Positions 41,935-52,734 of a DNA stretch of 64,000 bases are shown piece by piece; the stretch's first letter is position 1, and the number at the start of each line of letters is the position of its first letter. The position numbers were made by a program, and so were the translations under genes. The notes under the pieces are model-generated. The model saw only the letters and a list, made by a program, of their open reading frames with translations. It was not told where the DNA came from and made no database searches. The DNA is from a virus: the IMG/VR virus record IMGVR_UViG_3300027861_000010; one strand, 5' to 3'.

Positions 41935-44417
41935 TGGCAATATCGAGAGTCGGCCACACTGCCGCTAGTACAGACAATGTGCCGAGTGCCACCGTGTCAG
42001 TTCCAGCAGGGACTACCACAGGCGATGTGATGATGCTTTATCTGGAGTGTGATGGTACCAGTGGCTACAACGCACCGGCTGGATTCACGCAAGTTTACGC
42101 CAACCAAATCGTAGGTACACACACTTCAAGCGTGCATTACCGAGTCATTCAGGCAGGAGATCCGTCTAGCTACGCAGTAAGCACGGGTGGTTCTAACGAG
42201 CGTGGCAACATCTACTTCATCACTTATCGTGACGTAGACACAACCAGTCCGGTCATTACTTCCAGCCGAAACACAGGATCAAGCAGCTCGACGGCGAACT
42301 TCACGAGCATGACGCCTGCCGAAGACGATTGCCGCGTCATCGCTTTCGTAGGCACCGAGTCTGGAAACAGCGGTAATTCCTTTACGAGCAGCTGGCCCAG
42401 TAATTTTACTGAGATCAGCGACAACGAGAACGGGCCACCGGGTTCTGGAGCCGGTTCATCGGGTGCCGCTTTTGCAGAGAGTCAACAGACTTCTGCCGCG
42501 ACTTGCAGTGGCTCTGTCACGATTTCGACGGGAAGCACGCAGTACGTCACTACGTTCATTGCGTTGCAACCGCCTTCCACAAAGCCGGTAGTACAGACCT
42601 GTCCAGATGTAGCTACGTCTAGCACTAACGTGACCTGCACAGGAGTCAATTTCGGAGCTATCCAAGGGATCGGTAAGCTAGAGCTGGCGAGTACCGCGAC
42701 TTATGCTTCGGCCACAAAAGTGACGCAAACAATTGATTCGTGGTCGGACACCAGTATCCAATTCGACGTAGTGCAAGGCGGTTTAACTAACGACTCGGTT
42801 GTTTACGTTTTTGTAACAGATGACAATGGCGATGTTAACTTAGTAGGACTGCCAATCAATCTAGGGCTGACACTTTATCTAGATTTGATTGACTCGTTAA
42901 CACCCGGCCACTATTGGCGACTCCAGAACACTTATACGGACACCGGAAGCAGTGCTTCGGGTCAGCGAGACATGGATAACGTCATAACCGGCGGCGGCGG
43001 AGCCATGACTACAACGGAAATTTGCGAGAACACCACTCATTCTTGGCAACTTACCAGCGTGACCGCTGCGAGAGAGATTCAAGATGTGGGCGACATGAAC
43101 ACTGGAACGGTCAACGAGCGAACGTTCTGCGGTTGGATAATGCTTGGAGGCATCCAGAAGTCCGCGTCCGTAATTTATAAAGAGGGCGGCGGCGTTCAAA
43201 ATCTGTGCTTCCTGCTCGCACTTGGCAACACTTTGACGGCCCAGATGGCTGACAGCGTTGCAGGCAACAATGTACAAGCTTTTGGCGATTTCAAATTAAC
43301 TCCAAATCGCCCTTACCACATTTGCTATCGTTATTCGTACACGGAGAGCCCGAAAGAATTTAGACTTTTCGTGGACGGCGAAGAGCAGACCGCGACTGAC
43401 GGGAATCCAATCACTGGCACACTCTTTTCCAGTCATAGTGGTGACTGCGTATGGGGCGACCCCGATAACAACTTGGAGACTGGCGGTACGGACATTGCGT
43501 ACGCTGGTCAAAGTGATTGCTATTACGCGGCTTGGGTACATTGGGCCGAGGCTGACAATGGCGGCAATGTCCCACTCGACAAGACGACCGAGATTCGTGA
43601 CAAGCTGTTTCGCAGAGGGGCGTTGCCGAACGAAACTATTACGGCAGGAACGCAGGCTGCGATGCAAACCCAGCTTGACGCCTTGGCGGATTCCGAGATA
43701 CCAGACTGGCCTTTAGGTCTGCGAATCGAGGAGGTATCTGGGGGCGGAGATTTAGAGCTGGAAGCAGACAACATAACTTTTAGTTCTCGTTGCACGTTAG
43801 ATTTGGAGTGGCGAGGGGCTGGCGTGCTGACGTGGGTCCAAAGGAACGGATCAAGTTTAGATGCGACCAAGATTTTCACATCACTAGGCGGAACTGTAAC
43901 CATCGTGAACAGCGTACCGGTGGTTATAACCGTGAAGGACGTGTCTACTGGTGGCGTGATCGAAGGGGCTCGGGTCTTGCTGACTTCGGACACTGGAGGC
44001 TCTTTGCCATACCAAGCTTCGGTAACTATTACCCGAGCCAGCACAACCGCGACTGTCACCCACACCGGTCACGGATATAGCACAGGGCAAAAAGTACTAA
44101 TTAGCGGAGCGTCGCAATACGAATACACTGGAGTAAAAACCATTACGGTGACGGGGACAAACACTTATACTTTTAGTGTAAGCGGTTCTCCGGCTACACC
44201 GGCTACGGGGACAATTACTAGCACGACTGTTTTGGCTGAAGATCTGACAGATGTGTCGGGACAGCTGACAACCGAGCTAAGGTACAGCAGCGATCAACCA
44301 GTAGGTGGTAGAGTTCGACGAGGAACAGACACGCCGTTCTACCGAACACAGCGTATTAGCTCTACGATTACTGCGGCTGGACTAAATCTAACTATTTTGA
44401 TGGTGAAGGACGAATAA
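41934..44417 (+). CDS. Multidomain LamG fibre protein (paralogue of upstream gene) with IPT/TIG-like and FCCH-like domains
   Basis: PGHYWRLQ, CGWI, YHICYRY, LFVDG; GVNFGA..DSWSDTSIQF (IPT-like); THTGHGYSTGQKVLISG (FCCH-like). Confidence 0.7.
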   Translation: MAISRVGHTAASTDNVPSATVSVPAGTTTGDVMMLYLECDGTSGYNAPAGFTQVYANQIVGTHTSSVHYRVIQAGDPSSYAVSTGGSNERGNIYFITYRDVDTTSPVITSSRNTGSSSSTANFTSMTPAEDDCRVIAFVGTESGNSGNSFTSSWPSNFTEISDNENGPPGSGAGSSGAAFAESQQTSAATCSGSVTISTGSTQYVTTFIALQPPSTKPVVQTCPDVATSSTNVTCTGVNFGAIQGIGKLELASTATYASATKVTQTIDSWSDTSIQFDVVQGGLTNDSVVYVFVTDDNGDVNLVGLPINLGLTLYLDLIDSLTPGHYWRLQNTYTDTGSSASGQRDMDNVITGGGGAMTTTEICENTTHSWQLTSVTAAREIQDVGDMNTGTVNERTFCGWIMLGGIQKSASVIYKEGGGVQNLCFLLALGNTLTAQMADSVAGNNVQAFGDFKLTPNRPYHICYRYSYTESPKEFRLFVDGEEQTATDGNPITGTLFSSHSGDCVWGDPDNNLETGGTDIAYAGQSDCYYAAWVHWAEADNGGNVPLDKTTEIRDKLFRRGALPNETITAGTQAAMQTQLDALADSEIPDWPLGLRIEEVSGGGDLELEADNITFSSRCTLDLEWRGAGVLTWVQRNGSSLDATKIFTSLGGTVTIVNSVPVVITVKDVSTGGVIEGARVLLTSDTGGSLPYQASVTITRASTTATVTHTGHGYSTGQKVLISGASQYEYTGVKTITVTGTNTYTFSVSGSPATPATGTITSTTVLAEDLTDVSGQLTTELRYSSDQPVGGRVRRGTDTPFYRTQRISSTITAAGLNLTILMVKDE

Positions 44418-44848
44418 TGACAAACGAAGACAAGCAGATTATTGACTTGGAAAAAGAAAAGAAAGCGGCAAAAAACGCTATCGTTTGTGACCGCGAAGGT
44501 AATCCATTAGAAATCAACAAAGGGCACCGGCTCCAGTTTGGTGAGAAGTTCTATGAATGGGACACCAGCCAGAAGATCGAGTACCTGATTAAACTTGCAA
44601 GCAGCATGAATCATGCAGCCGACATGATCCAGCGAGAAAGAGACAACCTTATGCAGAAGCATGAGCAACTGTTCCGGACACTGGAGAGCTGCGAGAAGAA
44701 CCTCGATACGCAGAAGCAGATCAGCATCAATACGATTACAACTGCAAACGCAAAAGAACAGAAATACATTAAAGACATACAGCTTTTGCAGTCCCGCGTC
44801 AGGGCTCAAGACGCTGTGATTGAAAAATTAAACGCGGAAGATAAGTAA
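44417..44848 (+). CDS. Coiled-coil hypothetical protein
   Basis: Heptad-rich, K/E/Q-rich; TAATG coupling on both sides. Confidence 0.6.
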   Translation: MTNEDKQIIDLEKEKKAAKNAIVCDREGNPLEINKGHRLQFGEKFYEWDTSQKIEYLIKLASSMNHAADMIQRERDNLMQKHEQLFRTLESCEKNLDTQKQISINTITTANAKEQKYIKDIQLLQSRVRAQDAVIEKLNAEDK

Positions 44849-46932
44849 TGGCTATCTCCATCGCGTGGGGTACCAAAGTCATCTATGTGCCGAAAGCTGA
44901 CACACAGATTGTCCAATCATTGCCAACCGAAGTACGCCAGCTTAACCTAAATGATTTTCGGCTCGACCTGAAAGCCCTAGAGGCTAGCGAGGAGGGTATG
45001 CCTGAGCTGGACACGCACGTACACATTGCTCCGATTACGTTCGGTGGTGTTACTCTGGCTCGCGTTGTCGAGATTATTAATGGATATACAGTAACGTTTG
45101 AGGACGGGTCGTACGCGGTCAACCTAGTCGGGGCAAACAGTAACGTTGCCGATGTGACAAATGTTAATCAAGTATCTATTCGATCCTCTAACTCTGCTGG
45201 TCTAACTTTTTCCGAGGCAATCAACCAACAATCTTTCACTGACAACTCTGTACATATCAGTACGACAGAGGGCTTACCTGGCACGAGATTTCCGCGAGGA
45301 ACTCCTAGAGATCCTGTAAGTAATTTGACGGATGCCGAATTTATCCTTTCGGAACAGAAGCTTAAAAAAATAACTATTTGGGATTACATAGTCGCAGAGC
45401 CTGTTAGAAATTTGTCAGGCTTGACAGTGATTGGCGACAACCCTTCCGTTAGCTGGATAAACTTAATTAGCGGTGTACCTACTGACGGTACGACTTTCCA
45501 CAACATATCTTTGTTTGGAGACGCCACGGGCACTTCTACGGTCACCCAAAGCGTAATTCTAAGTGGCGGATTGACGGGATTCTCTGGTGGTTTCTCAAGC
45601 TGCCTATTTTTAGGTGACGTAGCGGTAGACCCAACAGATCTAATTCCGTTTACTGTCTCAAACTGTGCATCTATCGGAAGCTATCGGCCCACGTTCGACT
45701 TTTCAAATTCAGTACATCCCGGTCATTTTGCCAATTGGTCTGGAAACTTGAAACTAACAAACGTGACCAGCGGCAATGTAATAACAATCGACATGATATC
45801 GGGCAGTGCGGAAATAGATGCAACCTGCACTGGTGGTACTATACTTGTGCGAGGTGTCGGTCAGATAATCGACACCTCTGGTGCGGGCTGCAATGTAGAC
45901 ACGACGTATTTACTGCAGAACGACTCCGGCGAGAGTGCCGCAGCTAACTACACTTACTTCACTGCAAGTAACCGTGCGGATGCATTTAAGGCTGATATCA
46001 CTACGCTAGAGTCGGCGGCGGCCAGCATCAAAAATATCACGGACCAAATGCGGTTTACCAAACCAAACGAAATCGACGCTAATGCGATCTCCGGCGGCGG
46101 TGGTACGCCCTCGGAACTTGCCGACGCTGTTTGGAATGCAGACGAGGATGACTATAAAACGTCGGGAACAACAGGGCGTGTGTTGTTCGACGCTAGTCAG
46201 GGCGGTGGCGGTGGCGGAGGCTCGGCCTGTGACCCAGACGCTGACCGGATATTCGTCAACCAAGACTACGGTGGAACAAACAATCTCGTCTACGTTCTAG
46301 GCACAATACCTGTCGGGCAGGCTACGATTGAGCTGTTTATGTACGACGATTACATGGCAGGCAACCGTGACGCTGCTTACCGGATTGGCAACAGTCGGCA
46401 GACCGATGACGGCTCGTGGGCAGTCCCGTTCTACCTCGACCCTAACACTTACATCCTGCAGTTCTATCGTCCGCAAATTGCAGGTCCAGATGCTTACAAG
46501 CTGGTAGTCAGCGAGAACCCTGCTGACATCGTATTCGAGCAAGTACCGATTCCGAGCACAGGTTTGTCTGGTCCTCTAACTCCCCCGATCCAGACAACGA
46601 CTGTGATTGAGACTGTGGTTGAAACAGAGGTTGCAGGGCTAGATACGTTTGCGGGAGCGGGCACGATCCTTGTGGACGAGAATTACGGCGGAACCAGGAA
46701 CCTGGTTTACGAGGTCAATGGTTCGCCCGTGAACGGAGCTGACATTCTGATTTTCACGTCGGCTGACTATAATGCTGGAAACCGGAGCAACTCGTTTATT
46801 GTGGCTGCGAGTCGCCAGTTATCGGATGGTCGCTGGCAGCAGGCGTTACGTTTGAATCCCGGCAGCTACAAGATGCAATTCTTCAAACAAGGAGTTGCAG
46901 GCCCAGACACGTTCGATTTAGTTGTGGAGTAA
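44848..46932 (+). CDS. Fibre/structural protein with C-terminal tandem ~90-aa domain duplication
   Basis: VNQDYGGTNNLVY..GPDAYKLVV and VDENYGGTRNLVY..GPDTFDLVV. Confidence 0.65.
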   Translation: MAISIAWGTKVIYVPKADTQIVQSLPTEVRQLNLNDFRLDLKALEASEEGMPELDTHVHIAPITFGGVTLARVVEIINGYTVTFEDGSYAVNLVGANSNVADVTNVNQVSIRSSNSAGLTFSEAINQQSFTDNSVHISTTEGLPGTRFPRGTPRDPVSNLTDAEFILSEQKLKKITIWDYIVAEPVRNLSGLTVIGDNPSVSWINLISGVPTDGTTFHNISLFGDATGTSTVTQSVILSGGLTGFSGGFSSCLFLGDVAVDPTDLIPFTVSNCASIGSYRPTFDFSNSVHPGHFANWSGNLKLTNVTSGNVITIDMISGSAEIDATCTGGTILVRGVGQIIDTSGAGCNVDTTYLLQNDSGESAAANYTYFTASNRADAFKADITTLESAAASIKNITDQMRFTKPNEIDANAISGGGGTPSELADAVWNADEDDYKTSGTTGRVLFDASQGGGGGGGSACDPDADRIFVNQDYGGTNNLVYVLGTIPVGQATIELFMYDDYMAGNRDAAYRIGNSRQTDDGSWAVPFYLDPNTYILQFYRPQIAGPDAYKLVVSENPADIVFEQVPIPSTGLSGPLTPPIQTTTVIETVVETEVAGLDTFAGAGTILVDENYGGTRNLVYEVNGSPVNGADILIFTSADYNAGNRSNSFIVAASRQLSDGRWQQALRLNPGSYKMQFFKQGVAGPDTFDLVVE

Positions 46933-46936
46933 CACT

Positions 46937-47926
46937 ATGCCATTGGAAGGCACACCTCCGGTCACGCCTCCGGCAACGGACGTGGACTGCGAGCAGCAGA
47001 ACATGATTACGCCGAAACAGACCGTCGTTGACGGCTGTCCGGTGTTGCCCAAACTTCAATGCCACGAAGTACAGATGGGACAAGATGCCCGACTACTTTG
47101 GAACTTCAAGAATGAAGGCGGCGACGAGGTCAACATCACAGACTGCATCAGTGCGTGTGAATCCCAGGGAAGTACCAGTAGTCAGACCGATGAATCGTTT
47201 GACGCAATTGGTACGCCGGATTGCGGAGTCGAGCTTCGTATGCGGGAATTGACTGGCTGTAACAGTCAAGACAAAGTCTACTGTATTCCCGCTGAGATCA
47301 TTGACGCAGGCACCGGTTATGTACGAGCAGCCTCGTTGCCAGAAGAGCTGGTTCGCAGCCCTGGAGTTTATCTGGAAGAGTGGGGTGTGTTTACCGCGGA
47401 TAAGCGAATGATCTTCAGCAACCAGTGCTGTACCTTCATCCGCCGAGGTCTGTTCGGGCTCAGCAACGACCCCACTAAGCGGAACCTGGGACCACCAACG
47501 ATCGAAGAGATTAGGTTGGCCCTGCGTGATAACGCGGCGGCGGATAACCTACTTATCGACGACGTTGAGTTCGATGCCGCTGAAATTGCTCAAGCAGTAT
47601 TGCGGCCACTTCAGTATTGGAATGAGATCCCGCCGCCGATTCGTCCCGTCATGACGACCAAGACGTTTCCGTTCCGAGAGATATGGATGCTGGGTATTCA
47701 GGCTTACCTGTTGGAAATTGCTGCTCACAACTACCGGCGTAATCACCTGCCGTACAACGCGGGCGGTGTGGCTGTTGATGACAAGAACAAAGAGCAAGCG
47801 TATGCTGCCAAGGGCATGCAGATGCTTCAGCGGTTCCAGGAGATGGCTCGGACGAAGAAGATTGAAATCAACATTTCTCTGTTCTCAGGTAGCGTCGGAT
47901 CGCCGTACTCTGGTCTGTTTTACTAA
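46937..47926 (+). CDS. Neck/head-tail connector-like protein
   Basis: Position before tail genes; C-terminal DNLLIDDVEF..WNEIPPP..DDK..Y pattern. Confidence 0.5.
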   Translation: MPLEGTPPVTPPATDVDCEQQNMITPKQTVVDGCPVLPKLQCHEVQMGQDARLLWNFKNEGGDEVNITDCISACESQGSTSSQTDESFDAIGTPDCGVELRMRELTGCNSQDKVYCIPAEIIDAGTGYVRAASLPEELVRSPGVYLEEWGVFTADKRMIFSNQCCTFIRRGLFGLSNDPTKRNLGPPTIEEIRLALRDNAAADNLLIDDVEFDAAEIAQAVLRPLQYWNEIPPPIRPVMTTKTFPFREIWMLGIQAYLLEIAAHNYRRNHLPYNAGGVAVDDKNKEQAYAAKGMQMLQRFQEMARTKKIEINISLFSGSVGSPYSGLFY

Positions 47927-47935
47927 GGGGAAGTC

Positions 47936-48829
47936 ATGGCGGACAACGGCCTACCGATCTCAACCAACTACGACATCTCGTGCGAGGACAACTATTGTCC
48001 GCCTGAGTGCGAGTTTGCATTTGCGTTGGTGCATGTGTCGTACTTGATTCGTGGCGGCACTCGGGTCATGTGGCAGCTCATCCCTGAGTTCAACGATCCA
48101 TTGCCCTGGACTTTCCAACTGCAGGTCGGCAAGACCGGTGGCGATGATGACGGCTGGGAAGATGTGGGACTGCCGATAGAGAATACCTGCTACGCCATTG
48201 ACTCAGAGAAGCGAGTCTACAGCAAGACGCAGAACACTCATTATCGGATCAAGCTTTCGACTCCGGCTGGGTTGTACTACTCACAACCGACTGCAAAGGC
48301 AGGCATCCTGGGTGTGCGGGACTGGCGACTTGCTCAAGAGATCGTCCGTAAGGAACGACTTCGATTTCGGTACGTCTCGCAGGATGGTTTCCTTCTCAAA
48401 CGACGGAGTACTGGGGAGAACTGCACTAGCTGCCTGGACCTTCAAACCAACGAAGTTACCAACCCGTACTGCCAGGAATGCTGGGGAACTGGTAAACAGT
48501 GCGGCTACTATTATCCGATGGCCTGCATCTGGGCAGATCTGTCGCCACGGACGCGTCGAATGCACATTGACGACCAGGCTCGAAGGGGCACGGTCAAAGA
48601 TATCGTTGTCACCGGACGCATGCTTATGCTACCGTTGATTGATGAACAAGACGTTTGGGTGTCGAGAAAGACGGACGATCGGTACTACATTCATTCGATT
48701 CAGAATGTTGCAGAGATCCGCGGAGTTCCGTTGGTTGCGAACGTGGAGCTGCGGCCAGCTCCGTTTACGGACGTGATCTACGAGATTCCGATCCCGCAAC
48801 AGGATGCCTGGCTTCAAGAACACTGTTGA
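47936..48829 (+). CDS. Neck/head-closure protein with paired CxxC motifs
   Basis: CTSC..CQECWGTG; beta-rich C-terminus RYYIHSIQ. Confidence 0.55.
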   Translation: MADNGLPISTNYDISCEDNYCPPECEFAFALVHVSYLIRGGTRVMWQLIPEFNDPLPWTFQLQVGKTGGDDDGWEDVGLPIENTCYAIDSEKRVYSKTQNTHYRIKLSTPAGLYYSQPTAKAGILGVRDWRLAQEIVRKERLRFRYVSQDGFLLKRRSTGENCTSCLDLQTNEVTNPYCQECWGTGKQCGYYYPMACIWADLSPRTRRMHIDDQARRGTVKDIVVTGRMLMLPLIDEQDVWVSRKTDDRYYIHSIQNVAEIRGVPLVANVELRPAPFTDVIYEIPIPQQDAWLQEHC

Positions 48830-48839
48830 GATAGAATCC

Positions 48840-49124
48840 ATGCCACACATTCCACGATCCATGGCCCCAAGCGGGATGATTGATCCAGCCACTGTGCCTC
48901 GAGCACCGCGGCGTCCGGTTACTCAGAAGAAGCCGCCAGTGCCTTACATGGGCAGCGGAGATGGGGAAGTGAATCCGAACAGTCGCCTGAGGACTGGCAA
49001 CAAGATGGTCGGAAAACTGAGCATGAAAGACTGGGACGTCGATCCGCTGAGAATTTTGAAGCAACTGCACGGTAAGGAGATCAAGGTCGATGAGCACAGC
49101 GGAATGGTGTCCGGAACCGGGTGA
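48840..49124 (+). CDS. Small hypothetical protein
   Basis: ORF between neck genes. Confidence 0.5.
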   Translation: MPHIPRSMAPSGMIDPATVPRAPRRPVTQKKPPVPYMGSGDGEVNPNSRLRTGNKMVGKLSMKDWDVDPLRILKQLHGKEIKVDEHSGMVSGTG

Positions 49125-49821
49125 TGCTCCGCAAAAAGATGCTTGCGGCACCCAGGGAACGGTAAATCCCAGCTATCTATGTGAGAACGGTTGGCAGCCT
49201 CTGCTGATCACCGGCTTTCTGCGTGACCTCCTCGTCCGTCAGTGGAGTGACCCAACCAACATTATCAGTCCGGAGATGAAGCAATATCTATGGAGTGAAG
49301 GACAGACCTCCGGTATACTGATCGAAAGCGTGTATCGTTACCGTGCGGACCTAGTGGAGAAGCGTCCGGCGATTATGATCAAAAGAAACTCCTTCAGGAA
49401 CATGCAGACCGGCTTCGCAGGCCAGATGCAGGGACTTGGAGCGGTGGCATACGAAAACGAAAAGGGTGCGATTAGCCGCCACACGACCTTGTTTGTAGGG
49501 TCACACACTCTTTTCTGCATCCATGGAACGGGTGCTTCAACAGAGATACTGGCATCGGAAGTGATGAGCCATTTGGTGGCTTGTCTTTGGCCGATACGTC
49601 GCCATCTCGGACTGAGACAATTCTCAGTGACAGAAGTCGGGGCTATTCAAGAAATTGAAGAGTCAAACGAAAATTACGTGATTCCGATCACAGTTGGCTG
49701 GGGATATGAACATGTCTGGCAACTGAAGGAAGAGTCGCTGCCCCTACAGTCAATCTCGCTCACGGGCTTGCTTGGTGGGAACGCAGAGGCAGCTCTGGGA
49801 ACCGATTACCAAGGTCCGTGA
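49090..49821 (+). CDS. Tail completion/terminator-like protein
   Basis: KRPAIMIKRN and alternating strands; directly upstream of sheath. Confidence 0.5.
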   Translation: MSTAEWCPEPGDAPQKDACGTQGTVNPSYLCENGWQPLLITGFLRDLLVRQWSDPTNIISPEMKQYLWSEGQTSGILIESVYRYRADLVEKRPAIMIKRNSFRNMQTGFAGQMQGLGAVAYENEKGAISRHTTLFVGSHTLFCIHGTGASTEILASEVMSHLVACLWPIRRHLGLRQFSVTEVGAIQEIEESNENYVIPITVGWGYEHVWQLKEESLPLQSISLTGLLGGNAEAALGTDYQGP

Positions 49822-49857
49822 TTTATCCCGAACAAATAAGGCAATGGAGGCCAATCA

Positions 49858-52689
49858 ATGGCGACTTATGTTCTACCACAAGTCCTGGTATTTCAGGACT
49901 TCACCACGCAGCCCGCTGTGGCTGCAAACCCGCTCTCAGCTCACATTGCTGGCGGGCATGCTTATCTGGTTCGCGAAAGCGACGAGGATGAGCGTGAGTT
50001 TGGAAACCTTGGCCTGTACGACAACGCGTCGGATGCGGCCAGCCTTTGGCCCAATCGACCAGCCGGTGCAGAAGTCGATCAGACTTACACCAAGCTGTTC
50101 ATTGAGAACGCTTTGCTTCAGTACTTCACGGATGACGTGAGTGCAGGCAGTGCGATCACGGTTGAAGGCAGTAACAAGATCAGTTCGGACACGGTCAACT
50201 TTGCCAGCAACGGAGTTTACGCTCGCGATGCTGACTTGTACGACCGTGACGTGAAGGTCGGCGACGTGATCCGTGCCCGCGGTGTTCCTACGGGAACCGG
50301 AGCCACGGGCGGAGCGGTTACGCTCTGGACTTATGTCAAATCGTTGGTCGCTGATACGATTGCGGCAGTTGTGGCTGCGGCTACTGCTGATGCATCGAAT
50401 GCGGCAACGCAGAGTTTCAGCGAGTCGATTTCGCAGACTGGTGGAGCTGAAAACTGTGTCACGGCTACTGTGACCGGTTCTGGTTACGATGGACTGCCCG
50501 ACGGACAGGTCAGCGAAACCTACACCATTACCGTTCTGGACGGTTCGGTGGCCAGCGATTATACCACTGCTCGTCTGCGGGTTACTTCGGCCAGTGGAAC
50601 TGACGACGTGGCGGAAGTCACTCCAGCTGCTTCAGGTTCGCCAACGGCAATCGGTACTCGCGGCTTGACTGTCACGTTTGCTGACGACGACACCGCGGCT
50701 TGCTCGTTGTCAGCTGACAACGACGTGGTCAGCTACAATGACCTGATCGCTGGTCAGGAATTTACTGCCACGGTCGCTCAGGACTTCACCGTCACTGCTG
50801 CTACTTCCGGCGGTACGTACGCGAAGTCTGGCGACACGACTTACATCGTGACCGTCAGTAAGGGTGGAACATTCGCCGCCAGTCCTGAGATCACAATCTC
50901 AACTACCAACGGTATCGACCAGAGTGGTCCACATATCGTTACCGGACTGACAACTGATGTAACCATCGGTACGGAAGCTGTCACTATTCAATTCTCCGGT
51001 TCAACCCAGGGCTTGAACAAAGGCGATCGCTTCTACGTCGACGTTACCGGTACCTCTTCGGGTCCGATCCGTACGATTGAGTTGGGAATCAACCTCGATG
51101 AAACGTACGAACTCAGTGTTGATGAAGTCGGCATCGAGCTTTACATCCGCAAGCCGTTGCTCGAGGTTTCGGCCAATCGTACTGGCATGGCTCCTCTGAC
51201 CAACTGGGAACAGTCGGAAACGGAGATCACGGTCAAAGCCAATATCTCGGCCTACGATGCCTCGTGGACCGACGGCGGTGTGCCATTGTCTTTGGATGTG
51301 TACTCGTCTGCTGACCTCGACTACGGTGTGGTCTACGTGGAGTATCGAGCCTGGTTGGCCGATCTCTGCAACAAGATCAACAGCATCTCGGATGTTGCTA
51401 ACATTGACGACATCGCTGGTTCGCTTACGCCTGATAACCCACTGAAGTGGGGCGTCTTCAAGGCTCTGTCCAACAGCAACGGTACTCCCGTTCTGTACAC
51501 GGCAGTTTGTGGCCCAGACGATCCTGACAACTGGGATGAGGTGTTTGACATTCTGCTGACGCGGGATGACGCCTACAACCTGGTGCCTCTGACCCGTAAT
51601 GCAACGGTCTTGGGGCTGTATCAGGCTCACGTCAACAGTGCTTCGGCAGCGACTGAAGGGTTGTGGCGAGTCGCCTGGTTCAACCTGTCCGGCGTACCGG
51701 AGATTCCTATCGTTTCGGCTGGTTCTACAGTGGTTAACCACCTGTTGGCCACGACCACGGACGGCGGAGAAGCTCTGGCAGTCTTCGAGGATGATCCTGA
51801 GACTGCCGGTACGCAGTACACGATCTGTCGTGTGCCCGCTGCCAATTCAGGGTTCGTCACCAATAACGTTCGTGCCGGTGACATCGTCCGCGGACTTTAC
51901 ACTGGTGACGGCTTCGGCAATTTCACCTACAGCGAGTTCGTTGTGGATGAGGTTCAGTCGGAGAACCAGATTCGCGTCAAGACTGGTCCTTCTGCTCCGC
52001 AGTCGGTCCCAGCCAAGATCGAAATCTGGCGAAACCTGTCCGCAGGTGAAGAAGCTGTCGAAATCGGCAGGAATGCTGGTGCTTGGAACGATCGCCGAAT
52101 CCGTGCCACCTGGCCTGATTTGATTGAATCGTCCGGCACAATCCAGGAAGGCTACCACATGAACGCAGCCCTCGCCGGGTTGTCTTCTGCGGTTCTGCCT
52201 CACCAAGGTCTGACGCACGTTGAACTGGCTGGATTCTCGGCTACTCAGCGTACCAACGACAAGTTTAACAAGCCTCAGCTTGATTCCATGGCTGTTACCG
52301 GCGTCTGGATCGTTCAGCAGCAGCTGGACGGTGAGATCTTCACTCGTCACGCTGTGACGACTGGTGATTACGAAGACATCAATCAGCGGGAAGAGATGCT
52401 GACTCGAAACGTGGATAGCATCAGCTATCGCTTCAGGGATTACTTCGAGCCATTCATCGGTGTGACTAACGTCACTCCGTCGATGCGAGACGTGATTCTC
52501 GGAGGCATGAACAAACTGATTCGGGTGTTGAAGACCGAGCGAGTGACTGTCCAGCTGGGCGGGCAGTTGATCGACGCAACAATCGACCGGTTCTTCGTGT
52601 CTGAGATCTTCAAGGATCGTTACGTCGCTTACATCATTTTGGAAGTGCCGTACGCTTTGAACAACATCGAACTGCACCTTGTGGTTTGA
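49858..52689 (+). CDS. Contractile tail sheath protein
   Basis: C-terminal sheath pattern HQGLTH..RHAVTT..REEMLTRNVDSIS..EVPYALNNIELHLVV; large inserted beta domains. Confidence 0.85.
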   Translation: MATYVLPQVLVFQDFTTQPAVAANPLSAHIAGGHAYLVRESDEDEREFGNLGLYDNASDAASLWPNRPAGAEVDQTYTKLFIENALLQYFTDDVSAGSAITVEGSNKISSDTVNFASNGVYARDADLYDRDVKVGDVIRARGVPTGTGATGGAVTLWTYVKSLVADTIAAVVAAATADASNAATQSFSESISQTGGAENCVTATVTGSGYDGLPDGQVSETYTITVLDGSVASDYTTARLRVTSASGTDDVAEVTPAASGSPTAIGTRGLTVTFADDDTAACSLSADNDVVSYNDLIAGQEFTATVAQDFTVTAATSGGTYAKSGDTTYIVTVSKGGTFAASPEITISTTNGIDQSGPHIVTGLTTDVTIGTEAVTIQFSGSTQGLNKGDRFYVDVTGTSSGPIRTIELGINLDETYELSVDEVGIELYIRKPLLEVSANRTGMAPLTNWEQSETEITVKANISAYDASWTDGGVPLSLDVYSSADLDYGVVYVEYRAWLADLCNKINSISDVANIDDIAGSLTPDNPLKWGVFKALSNSNGTPVLYTAVCGPDDPDNWDEVFDILLTRDDAYNLVPLTRNATVLGLYQAHVNSASAATEGLWRVAWFNLSGVPEIPIVSAGSTVVNHLLATTTDGGEALAVFEDDPETAGTQYTICRVPAANSGFVTNNVRAGDIVRGLYTGDGFGNFTYSEFVVDEVQSENQIRVKTGPSAPQSVPAKIEIWRNLSAGEEAVEIGRNAGAWNDRRIRATWPDLIESSGTIQEGYHMNAALAGLSSAVLPHQGLTHVELAGFSATQRTNDKFNKPQLDSMAVTGVWIVQQQLDGEIFTRHAVTTGDYEDINQREEMLTRNVDSISYRFRDYFEPFIGVTNVTPSMRDVILGGMNKLIRVLKTERVTVQLGGQLIDATIDRFFVSEIFKDRYVAYIILEVPYALNNIELHLVV

Positions 52690-52699
52690 TGCAAGCCAT

Positions 52700-52734
52700 G
52701 TAACCAGGGGCAAGCCAGCCCCTGGTTACTTTTT
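52700..52734 (+). terminator. Intrinsic terminator between sheath and tube
   Basis: 12-bp stem GTAACCAGGGGC/GCCCCTGGTTAC plus T5. Confidence 0.8.

Noticed and set aside
51001-52713. 246-aa and 288-aa minus-strand ORFs
   Set aside because: Antisense shadows of the sheath gene
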